Positions 12,176-25,300 of a stretch of DNA of 64,000 nt are shown piece by piece. Made by a program: the position numbers and the translations under genes. Each line of letters starts with the position of its first letter. Position 1 is the stretch's first letter. The notes under the pieces were generated by a model. It made no database searches. It saw only the letters and a list, made by a program, of their open reading frames with translations, and was not told the origin of the DNA. Location: positions 3,596,001 to 3,660,000 of the forward strand of contig OZ059894.1 in NCBI GenBank assembly GCA_964057225.1, in the 5' to 3' direction. The stretch is from Auanema rhodensis (lineage: Eukaryota > Animalia > Nematoda).

Positions 12176-14300
12176 AATTTCAAAGTCATGGTTACCATGC
12201 ACCAATATCAATAAAAATTTGTTTTTAGACTAACATGGACATGGGGAATCTAATTTTGAAAACCGCATCTCTTTATCTTTCACGTGAAGCGAGTTACATA
12301 CCAAGTGCACATCACGTGTACATTTAATTAGCATAAATTAAAGTTCACGTAAATTTCAAAGTCATGGTTACCATCCACCAATATCAACAAAAATGTGTTT
12401 TTAGACTAATATGGACATGGGGAATCTAATTTCGAAAAGCGCATCTCTTCATCTTTCACGTGAAGCGAGTTACATACCAAGTGCACATCACGTGTACACT
12501 TAATAAGCATAAATTAAAGTTCACGTAAATTTCAAAGTCATGGTTACCATGCACCAATATCAATAAAAATTTGTTTTTAGACTAATTTGGAAATGGGGAA
12601 TCTATTTTGAAAACCGCATCTCTTCATCTTTCACGTGAAGCGAGTTACATACCAAGTGCACATCACGTGTACACTTAATTAGCATAAATTGAAGTTCACG
12701 TAAATTTCAAAGTCATGGTTACCATGCACCAATATCAATAAAAATTTTTTTTTAGACTAATATGGACATGGGGAATCTAATTTTGAAAACCGCATCCCTT
12801 TATCTTTCACGTGAAGCGAGTTACATACCAAGTGCACATCACGTGTACACTTAATAAGCATAAATTAAAGTTCACGTAAGTTTCAAAGTCATGGTTACCA
12901 TGCACCAATATCAATAAAAATTCGTTTTTAGACTAATATGGACATGAGGAATCTAATTTTTTTGAAAACCGCATCTCTTCATCTTTCACGTGAAGCGAGT
13001 TACATACCAAGTGCACATCATGTGTACACTCAATTAGCATAAATTAAAGTTCACGTAAATTTCAAAGTCATGGTTACCATGCACCAATATTAATAAAAAT
13101 TTGTTTTTAGACTAATATGGACATGGGGAATCTAATTTTGAAAACCGCATCTCTTTATCTTTGACGTGAAGCGAGTTACATACCAAGTGCACATCACGTG
13201 TACACTTAATAAGCATAAATTAAAGTTCACGTAAATTTCAAAGTCATGGTTACCATGCACCAATATCAATAAAAATTTGTTTTTAGACTAACATGGACAT
13301 GGGGAATCTAATTTTGAAAACCGCATCTCTTTATCTTTCAAGTGAAGCGAGTTACATACCAAGTGCACATCACGTGTACATTTAATTAGCATAAATTAAA
13401 GTTCACGTAAATTTCAAAGTCATGGTTACCATCCACCAATATCAACAAAAATGTGTTTTTAGACTAATATGGACATGGGGAATCTAATTTCGAAAAGCGC
13501 ATCTCTTCATCTTTCACGTGAAGCGAGTTACATACCAAGTGCACATCACGTGTACACTTAATAAGCATAAATTAAAGTTCACGTAAATTTCAAAGTCATG
13601 GTTACCATGCACCAATATCAATAAAAATTTGTTTTTAGACTAATTTGGAAATGGGGAATCTATTTTGAAAACCGCATCTCTTCATCTTTCACGTGAAGCG
13701 AGTTACATACCAAGTGCACATCACGTGTACACTTAATTAGCATAAATTGAAGTTCACGTAAATTTCAAAGTCATGGTTACCATGCACCAATATCAATAAA
13801 AATTTTTTTTTAGACTAATATGGACATGGGGAATCTAATTTTGAAAACCGCATCCCTTTATCTTTCACGTGAAGCGAGTTACATACCAAGTGCACATCAC
13901 GTGTACACTTAATAAGCATAAATTAAAGTTCACGTAAGTTTCAAAGTCATGGTTACCATGCACCAATATCAATAAAAATTTGTTTTTAGACTAATATGGA
14001 CATGAGGAATCTAATTTTTTTGAAAACCGCATCTCTTCATCTTTCACGTGAAGCGAGTTACATACCAAGTGCACATCATGTGTACACTCAATTAGCATAA
14101 ATTAAAGTTCACGTAAATTTCAAAGTCATGGTTACCATGCACCATTATCAATAAAAATTTGTTTTTAGACTAATATGGACATGGGGAATCTAATTTTGAA
14201 AACCGCATCTCTTTCTCTTTGACGTGAAGCGAGTTACATACCAAGTGCACATCACGTGTACACTTAATAAGCATAAATTAAAGTTCACGTAAATTTCAAA
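12176..14300. repeat. 6-monomer higher-order repeat, 1058 bp period (2 copies)
   Basis: The variant G of marker CGTAAGTTTC is at 12880 and 13938 (offset 1058 = 4x176 + 175 + 179). Confidence 0.88.
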
Positions 14301-16754
14301 GTCATGGTTACCATGCACCAATATCAATAAAAATTTGTTTTTAGACTAATTTGGAAATGGGGAATCTATTTTGAAAACCGCATCTCTTCATCTTTCACGT
14401 GAAGCGAGTTACATACCAAGTGCACATCACGTGTACACTTAATTAGCATAAATTGAAGTTCACGTAAATTTCAAAGTCATATTTACCATGCACCAATATC
14501 AATAAAAATTTGTTTTTAGACTAATATGGAAATGGGGAATCTAATTTTGAAAACCGCATCTCTTCATCTTTCACGTGAAGCGAGTTACATACCAAGTGCA
14601 CATCATGTGTACACTTAATTAGCATAAATTAAAGTTCACGTAAATTTCAAAGTCATGGTTACCATGCACCAATATCAATAAAAATTTTTTTTTAGACTAA
14701 TATGGAAATGGGGAATCTAATTTTGAAAACCGCATCTCTTCATCTTTCACGTGAAGCAAGTTACATACCAAGTGCACATCATGTGTACACTCAATTAGCA
14801 TAAATTAAAGTTCACGTAAATTTCAAAGTCATGGTTACCATGCACCAATTTTAATAAAAATTTGTTTTTAGACTAATATGGACATGGGGAATCTAATTTT
14901 GAAAACCGCATCTCTTTATCTTTGACGTAAAGCGAGTTACATACCAAGTGCACATCATGTGTACACTTAATTAGCATAAATTAAAGTTCACGTAAATTTT
15001 AAAGTCATGGTTGCCATGCACCAATATCAATAAAAATTTGTTTTTAGACTAACATGGAAATGGGGAATCTAATTTTGAAAACCGCATCTCTTTATCTTTC
15101 ACGTGAAGCGAGTTACATACCAAGCGCACATCATGTGTACACTTAATTAGCATAAATTAAAGTTCACGTAAATTTCAAAGTCATGGTTACCATGCACCAA
15201 TATCAATAAAAATTTGTTTTTAGACTAATATGGACATGGGGAATCTAATTTTGAAAACCGCATCTCTTTATCTTTGACGTAAAGCGAGTTACATACCAAG
15301 TGCACATCATGTGTACACTTAATTAGCATAAATTAAAGTTCACGTAAATTTCAAAGTCATGGTTACCATTCACCAATATTAATAAAAATTTGTTTTTAGA
15401 CTAATATGGAAATGGGGAATCTAATTTTGAAAACCGCATCTCTTCATCTTTCACGTGAAGCGAGTTACATACCAAGTGCACATCATGTGTACACTTAATT
15501 AGCATAAATTAAAGTTCACGTAAATTTCAAAGTCATGGTTACCATGCACCAATATCAATAAAAATTTGTTTTTAGACTAATATGGACATGGGGAATCTAA
15601 TTCTGAAAACCGCATCTCTTTATCTTTCACGTGAAGCGAGTTACATACCAAGTGCACATCATGTGTACACTTAATTAGCATAAATTAAAGTTCACGTAAA
15701 TTTTAAAGTCATGGTTGCCATGCACCAATATCAATAAAAATTTGTTTTTAGACTAATTTGGAAATGGGGAATCTATTTTGAAAACCGCATCTCTTCATCT
15801 TTCACGTGAAGCGAGTTACATACCAAGTGCACATCACGTGTACACTTAATTAGCATAAATTGAAGTTCACGTAAATTTCAAAGTCATGGTTACCATGCAC
15901 CAATATCAATAAAAATTTGTTTTTAGACTAATATGGAAATGGGGAATCTAATTTTGAAAACCGCATCTCTTTATCTTTGACGTAAAGCGAGTTACATACC
16001 AAGTGCACATCATGTGTACACTTAATTAGCATAAATTAAAGTTCACGTAAATTTCAAAGTCATGGTTACCATTCACCAATATTAATAAAAATTTGTTTTT
16101 AGACTAATATGGAAATGGGGAATCTAAATTTGAAAACCGCATCTCTTCATCTTTCACGTGAAGCGAGTTACATACCAAGTGCACATCATGTGTACACTTA
16201 ATTAGCATAAATTAAAGTTCACGTAAATTTCAAAGTCATGGTTACCATGCACCAATATCAATAAAAATTTGTTTTTAGACTAATATGAACATGGGGAATC
16301 TAATTTTGAAAACCGCATCCCTTTATCTTTCACGTGAAGCGAGTTACATACCAAGTGCACATCACGTGTACACTTAATAAGCATAAATTAAAGTTCACGT
16401 AAATTTCAAAGTCATGGTTACCATGCACCAATATCAATAAAAATTCGTTTTTAGACTAATATGGACATGAGGAATCTAATTTTGAAAACCGTATCTCTTC
16501 ATCTTTCACGTGAAGCGAGTTACATACCAAGTGCACATCATGTGTACACTTAATTAGCATAAATTAAAGTTCACGTAAATTTCAAAGTCATGGTTACCAT
16601 GCACCAATATTAATAAAAATTTGTTTTTAGACTAATATGGACATGGGGAATCTAATTTTGAAAACCGCATCTCTTTATCTTTGACGTGAAGCGAGTTACA
16701 TACCAAGTGCACATCATGTGTACACTTAATTAGCATAAATTAAAGTTCACGTAA

Positions 16755-19050
16755 ATTTCAAAGTCATGGTTACCATGCACCAATATCAATAAAAATTTGT
16801 TTTTAGACTAACATGGACATGGGGAATCTAATTTTGAAAACCGCATCTCTTTATCTTTCACGTGAAGCGAGTTACATACCAAGTGCACATCACGTGTACA
16901 TTTAATTAGCATAAATTAAAGTTCACGTAAATTTCAAAGTCATGGTTACCATCCACCAATATCAACAAAAATGTGTTTTTAGACTAATATGGACATGGGG
17001 AATCTAATTTCGAAAAGCGCATCTCTTCATCTTTCACGTGAAGCGAGTTACATACCAAGTGCACATCACGTGTACACTTAATAAGCATAAATTAAAGTTC
17101 ACGTAAATTTCAAAGTCATGGTTACCATGCACCAATATCAATAAAAATTTGTTTTTAGACTAATTTGGAAATGGGGAATCTATTTTGAAAACCGCATCTC
17201 TTCATCTTTCACGTGAAGCGAGTTACATACCAAGTGCACATCACGTGTACACTTAATTAGCATAAATTGAAGTTCACGTAAATTTCAAAGTCATGGTTAC
17301 CATGCACCAATATCAATAAAAAATTTTTTTTAGACTAATATGGACATGGGGAATCTAATTTTGAAAACCGCATCCCTTTATCTTTCACGTGAAGCGAGTT
17401 ACATACCAAGTGCACATCACGTGTACACTTAATTAGCATAAATTAAAGTTCACGTAAGTTTCAAAGTCATGGTTACCATGCACCAATATCAATAAAAATT
17501 CGTTTTTAGACTAATATGGACATGAGGAATCTAATTTTTTTGAAAACCGCATCTCTTCATCTTTCACGTGAAGCGAGTTACATACCAAGTGCACATCATG
17601 TGTACACTCAATTAGCATAAATTAAAGTTCACGTAAATTTCAAAGTCATGGTTACCATGCACCAATATTAATCAAAATTTGTTTTTAGACTAATATGGAC
17701 ATGGGGAATCTAATTTTGAAAACCGCATCTCTTTATCTTTGACGTGAAGCGAGTTACATACCAAGTGCACATCACGTGTACACTTAATAAGCATAAATTA
17801 AAGTTCACGTAAATTTCAAAGTCATGGTTACCATGCACCAATATCAATAAAAATTTGTTTTTAGACTAACATGGACATGGGGAATCTAATTTTGAAAACC
17901 GCATCTCTTTATCTTTCACGTGAAGCGAGTTACATACCAAGTGCACATCACGTGTACATTTAATTAGCATAAATTAAAGTTCACGTAAATTTCAAAGTCA
18001 TGGTTACCATCCACCAATATCAACAAAAATGTGTTTTTAGACTAATATGGACATGGGGAATCTAATTTCGAAAAGCGCATCTCTTCATCTTTCACGTGAA
18101 GCGAGTTACATACCAAGTGCACATCACGTGTACACTTAATAAGCATAAATTAAAGTTCACGTAAATTTCAAAGTCATGGTTACCATGCACCAATATCAAT
18201 AAAAATTTGTTTTTAGACTAATTTGGAAATGGGGAATCTATTTTGAAAACCGCATCTCTTCATCTTTCACGTGAAGCGAGTTACATACCAAGTGCACATC
18301 ACGTGTACACTTAATTAGCATAAATTGAAGTTCACGTAAATTTCAAAGTCATGGTTACCATGCACCAATATCAATAAAAATTTTTTTTTAGACTAATATG
18401 GACATGGGGAATCTAATTTTGAAAACCGCATCCCTTTATCTTTCACGTGAAGCGAGTTACATACCAAGTGCACATCACGTGTACACTTAATAAGCATAAA
18501 TTAAAGTTCACGTAAGTTTCAAAGTCATGGTTACCATGCACCAATATCAATAAAAATTCGTTTTTAGACTAATATGGACATGAGGAATCTAATTTTTTTG
18601 AAAACCGCATCTCTTCATCTTTCACGTGAAGCGAGTTACATACCAAGTGCACATCATGTGTACACTCAATTAGCATAAATTAAAGTTCACGTAAATTTCA
18701 AAGTCATGGTTACCATGCACCAATATTAATAAAAATTTGTTTTTAGACTAATATGGACATGGGGAATCTAATTTTGAAAACCGCATCTCTTTATCTTTGA
18801 CGTGAAGCGAGTTACATACCAAGTGCACATCACGTGTACACTTAATAAGCATAAATTAAAGTTCACGTAAATTTCAAAGTCATGGTTACCATGCACCAAT
18901 ATCAATAAAAATTTGTTTTTAGACTAATTTGGAAATGGGGAATCTATTTTGAAAACCGCATCTCTTCATCTTTCACGTGAAGCGAGTTACATACCAAGTG
19001 CACATCACGTGTACACTTAATTAGCATAAATTGAAGTTCACGTAAATTTC
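16755..19050. repeat. 6-monomer higher-order repeat, 1058 bp period (2 copies)
   Basis: The CGTAAGTTTC marker G is at 17458 and 18516, with the same monomer order as at 12.2-14.3 kb. Confidence 0.88.
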
Positions 19051-19926
19051 AAAGTCATGGTTACCATGCACCAATATCAATAAAAATTTGTTTTTAGACT
19101 AATATGGAAATGGGGAATCTAATTTTGAAAACCGCATCCCTTTATCTTTCACGTGAAGCAAGTTAAATACCAAGTGCACATCATGTGTACACTTAATTAG
19201 CATAAATTAAAGTTTACGTAAATTTCAAAGTCATGGTTACCATGCACCAATATCAATAAAAATTTTTTTTTAGACTAATATGGACATGGGGAATCAATTT
19301 TGAAAACCGCATCCCTTTATCTTTCACCTGAAGCGAGTTACATACCAAGTGCACATCACGTGTACACTTAATAAGCATAAATTAAAGTTCACGTAAATTT
19401 CAAAGTCATGGTTACCATGCACCAATATCAATAAAAATTCGTTTTTAGACTAATATGGACATGAGGAATCTAATTTTTTTGAAAACCGCATCTCTTCATC
19501 TTTCACGTGAAGCGAGTTACATACCGAGTGCACATCACGTGTACACTTAATTAGCATAAATTAAAGTTCACTTAAATTTCAAAGTCATGGTTACCATCCA
19601 CCAATATCAACACAAATTTGTTTTTAGACTAATATGGACATGGGGAATCTAATTTTGAAAACCGCATCTCTTCATCTTTTACGTGAAGCGAGTTACATAC
19701 CAAGTGCACATCACGTGTACACTTAATTAGCATAAATTAAAGTTCACGTAAATTTCAAAGTCATGGTTACCATCCACCAATATCAATAAAAATTTGTTTT
19801 TAGACTAATATGGACATGGGGAATCTAATTTTGAAAACCGCATCCCTTTATCTTTCACGTGAAGCAAGTTACATACCAAGTGCACATCATGTGTACACTT
19901 AATTAGCATAAATTAAAGTTCACGTA

Positions 19927-22390
19927 AATTTCAAAGTCATGGTTACCATCCACCAATATCAATAAAAATTTGTTTTTAGACTAATATGGACATGGGGAAT
20001 CTAATTTTGAAAACCGCATCCCTTTATCTTTCACGTGAAGCAAGTTAAATACCAAGTGCACATCATGTGTACACTTAATTAGCATAAATTAAAGTTTACG
20101 TAAATTTCAAAGTCATGGTTACCATCCACCAATATCAATAAAAATTTGTTTTTAGACTAATATGGACATGAGGAATCTAATTTTGAAAACCGCATCTCTT
20201 TATCTTTGACTTGAAGCGAGTTACATACCAAGTGCACATCATGTGTACACTTAATTAGCATAAATTAAAGTTCACGTAAATTTCAAAGTCATGGTTACCA
20301 TCCACCAATATCAACAAAAATTTGTTTTTAGACTAATATGGACATGGGGAATCTAATTTTGAAAACCGCATCTCTTCATCTTTCACGTGAAGCGAGTTAC
20401 ATACCAAGTGCACATCACGTGTACACTTAATTAGCATAAATTAAAGTTCACGTAAATTTTAAAGTCATGGTTACCATGCACCAATATCAATAAAAATTTG
20501 TTTTTAGACTAATATGGACATGGGGAATCTAATTTTGAAAACCGCATCTCTTTATCTTTGACGTGAAGCGAGTTACATACCAAGTGCACATCATGTGTAC
20601 ACTTAATTAGCATAAATTAAAGTTCACGTAAATTTCAAAGTCATGGTTACCATGCACCAATATCAATAAAAATTTGTTTTTAGACTAATATGGACATGGG
20701 GAATCTAATTTTGAAAACCGCATCTCTTTATCTTTGACGTGAAGCGAGTTACATACCAAGTTCACATCATGTGTACACTTAATTAGCATAAATTAAAGTT
20801 CACGTAACTTTTAAAGTCATGGTTACCATGCACCAATATCAATAAAAATTTGTTTTTAGACTAATATGGACATGGGGAATCTAATTTTGAAAACCGCATC
20901 TTTTTATCTTTGACGTGAAGCGAGTTACATACCAAGTGCACATCATGTGTACACTTAATTAGCATAAATTAAAGTTCACGTAAATTTCAAAGTCATGGTT
21001 ACCATGCACCAATATCAATAAAAATTTGTTTTTAGACTAATATGGACATGGGGAATCTAATTTTGAAAACCGCATCCCTTTATCTTTCACGTGAAGCAAG
21101 TTAAATACCAAGTGCACATCATGTGTACACTTAATTAGCATAAATTAAAGTTCACGTAAATTTCAAAGTCATGGTTACCATCCACCAATATCAATAAAAA
21201 TTTGTTTTTAGACTAATATGGACATGGGGAATCTAATTTTGAAAACCGCATCCCTTTATCTTTCACGTGAAGCAAGTTAAATACCAAGTGCACATCATGT
21301 GTACACTTAATTAGCATAAATTAAAGTTCACGTAAATTTCAAAGTCATGGTTACCATCCACCAATATCAATAAAAATTTGTTTTTAGACTAATATGGACA
21401 TGGGGAATCTAATTTTGAAAACCGCATCTCTTTATCTTTGACTTGAAGCGAGTTACATACCAAGTGCACATCATGTGTACACTTAATTAGCATAAATTAA
21501 AGTTCACGTAAATTTCAAAGTCATGGTTACCATCCACCAATATCAACAAAAATTTGTTTTTAGACTAATATGGACATGGGGAATCTAATTTTGAAAACCG
21601 CATCTCTTCATCTTTCACGTGAAGCGAGTTACATACCAAGTGCACATCACGTGTACACTTAATTAGCATAAATTAAAGTTCACGTAAATTTTAAAGTCAT
21701 GGTTACCATGCACCAATATCAATAAAAATTTGTTTTTAGACTAATATGGACATGGGGAATCTAATTTTGAAAACCGCATCTCTTTATCTTTGACGTGAAG
21801 CGAGTTACATACCAAGTGCACATCATGTGTACACTTAATTAGCATAAATTAAAGTTCACGTAAATTTCAAAGTCATGGTTACCATGCACCAATATCAATA
21901 AAAATTTGTTTTTAGACTAATATGGACATGGGGAATCTAATTTTGAAAACCGCATCTCTTTATCTTTGACGTGAAGCGAGTTACATACCAAGTTCACATC
22001 ATGTGTACACTTAATTAGCATAAATTAAAGTTCACGTAACTTTTAAAGTCATGGTTACCATGCACCAATATCAATAAAAATTTGTTTTTAGACTAATATG
22101 GACATGGGGAATCTAATTTTGAAAACCGCATCTTTTTATCTTTGACGTGAAGCGAGTTACATACCAAGTGCACATCATGTGTACACTTAATTAGCATAAA
22201 TTAAAGTTCACGTAAATTTCAAAGTCATGGTTACCATGCACCAATATCAATAAAAATTTGTTTTTAGACTAATATGGACATGGGGAATCTAATTTTGAAA
22301 ACCGCATCTCTTTATCTTTGACGTGAAGCGAGTTACATACCAAGTGCACATCATGTGTACACTTAATTAGCATAAATTAAAGTTCACGTA
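19927..22390. repeat. Local duplication with 7-monomer (1232 bp) offset in a region of 176-bp-only monomers
   Basis: AAGTTCACATC is at 20761/21993 and GACTTGAA at 20211/21443; TAACTTTT and CATCTTTTT are also paired. Offset is 1232 = 7x176. The seventh monomer differs between the copies. Confidence 0.85.
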
Positions 22391-25300
22391 AATTTCAAAG
22401 TCATGGTTACCATCCACCAATATCAACAAAAATTTGTTTTTAGACTAATATGGACATGGGGAATCTAATTTTGAAAACCGCATCTCTTTATCTTTGACGT
22501 GAAGCGAGTTACATACCAAGTGCACATCATGTGTACACTTAATTAGCATAAATTAAAGTTCACGTAAATTTCAAAGTCATGGTTACCATCCACCAATATC
22601 AACAAAAATTTGTTTTTAGACTAATATGGACATGGGGAATCTAATTTTGAAAACCGAATCTCTTCATCTTTCACGTGAAGCGAGTTACATACCAAGTGCA
22701 CATCACGTGTACACTTAATTAGCATAAATTAAAGTTCACGTAAATTTTAAAGTCATGGTTACCATGCACCAATATCAATAAAAATTTGTTTTTAGACTAA
22801 TATGGACATGGGGAATCTAATTTTGAAAACCGCATCTCTTTATCTTTGACGTGAAGCGAGTTACATACCAAGTGCACATCATGTGTACACTTAATTAGCA
22901 TAAATTAAAGTTCACGTAAATTTTAAAGTCATGGTTACCATGCACCAATATTAATAAAAATTTGTTTTTAGACTAATATGGAAATGGGGAATCTAATTTT
23001 GAAAACCGCATCTCTTTATCTTTCACGTGAAGCGAGTTACATACCAAGCGCACATCATGTGTACACTTAATTAGCATAAATTAAAGTTCACGTAAATTTC
23101 AAAGTCATGGTTACCATGCACCAATATCAATAAAAATTTGTTTTTAGACTAATATGGACATGGGGAATCTAATTTTGAAAACCGCATCTCTTTATCTTTG
23201 ACGTAAAGCGAGTTACATACCAAGTGCACATCATGTGTACACTTAATTAGCATAAATTAAAGTTCACGTAAATTTCAAAGTCATGGTTACCATTCACCAA
23301 TATTAATAAAAATTTGTTTTTAGACTAATATGGAAATGGGGAATCTAATTTTGAAAACCGCATCTCTTCATCTTTCACGTGAAGCGAGTTACATACCAAG
23401 TGCACATCATGTGTACACTTAATTAGCATAAATTAAAGTTCACGTAAATTTCAAAGTCATGGTTGCCATGCACCAATATCAATAAAAATTTGTTTTTAGA
23501 CTAATTTGGAAATGGGGAATCTATTTTGAAAACCGCATCTCTTCATCTTTCACGTGAAGCGAGTTACATACCAAGTGCACATCATGTGTACACTTAATTA
23601 GCATAAATTAAAGTTCACGTAAATTTCAAAGTCATGGTTACCATGCACCAATATCAATAAAAATTTGTTTTTAGACTAATATGGACATGGGGAATCTAAT
23701 TTTGAAAACCGCATCTCTTTATCTTTCACGTGAAGCGAGTTACATACCAAGTGCACATCATGTGTACACTTAATTAGCATAAATTAAAGTTCACGTAAAT
23801 TTCAAAGTCATGGTTACCATGCACCAATATCAATAAAAATTTGTTTTTAGACTAATATGGACATGGGGAATCTAATTTTGAAAACCGCATCTCTTTATCT
23901 TTCACGTGAAGCGAGTTACATACCAAGTGCACATCATGTGTACACTTAATTAGCATAAATTAAAGTTCACGTAAATTTCAAAGTCATGGTTGCCATGCAC
24001 CAATATCAATAAAAATTTGTTTTTAGACTAATTTGGAAATGGGGAATCTATTTTGAAAACCGCATCTCTTCATCTTTCACGTGAAGCGAGTTACATACCA
24101 AGTGCACATCACGTGTACACTTAATTAGCATAAATTGAAGTTCACGTAAATTTCAAAGTCATGGTTACCATGCACCAATATCAATAAAAATTTGTTTTTA
24201 GACTAATATGGAAATGGGGAATCTAATTTTGAAAACCGCATCTCTTTATCTTTGACGTAAAGCGAGTTACATACCAAGTGCACATCATGTGTACACTTAA
24301 TTAGCATAAATTAAAGTTCACGTAAATTTCAAAGTCATGGTTACCATTCACCAATATTAATAAAAATTTGTTTTTAGACTAATATGGAAATGGGGAATCT
24401 AATTTTGAAAACCGCATCTCTTCATCTTTCACGTGAAGCGAGTTACATACCAAGTGCACATCATGTGTACACTTAATTAGCATAAATTAAAGTTCACGTA
24501 AATTTCAAAGTCATGGTTACCATGCACCAATATCAATAAAAATTTGTTTTTAGACTAATATGGACATGGGGAATCTAATTTTGAAAACCGCATCCCTTTA
24601 TCTTTCACGTGAAGCGAGTTACATACCAAGTGCACATCACGTGTACACTTAATTAGCATAAATTGAAGTTCACGTAAATTTCAAAGTCATGGTTACCATG
24701 CACCAATATCAATAAAAATTTGTTTTTAGACTAATATGGAAATGGGGAATCTAATTTTGAAAACCGCATCTCTTTATCTTTGACGTAAAGCGAGTTACAT
24801 ACCAAGTGCACATCATGTGTACACTTAATTAGCATAAATTAAAGTTCACGTAAATTTCAAAGTCATGGTTACCATTCACCAATATTAATAAAAATTTGTT
24901 TTTAGACTAATATGGAAATGGGGAATCTAATTTTGAAAACCGCATCTCTTCATCTTTCACGTGAAGCGAGTTACATACCAAGTGCACATCATGTGTACAC
25001 TTAATTAGCATAAATTAAAGTTCACGTAAATTTCAAAGTCATGGTTACCATGCACCAATATCAATAAAAATTTGTTTTTAGACTAATATGGACATGGGGA
25101 ATCTAATTTTGAAAACCGCATCCCTTTATCTTTCACGTGAAGCGAGTTACATACCAAGTGCACATCACGTGTACACTTAATAAGCATAAATTAAAGTTCA
25201 CGTAAATTTCAAAGTCATGGTTACCATGCACCAATATCAATAAAAATCCGTTTTTAGACTAATATGGACATGGGGAATCTAATTTTGAAAACCGCATCCC

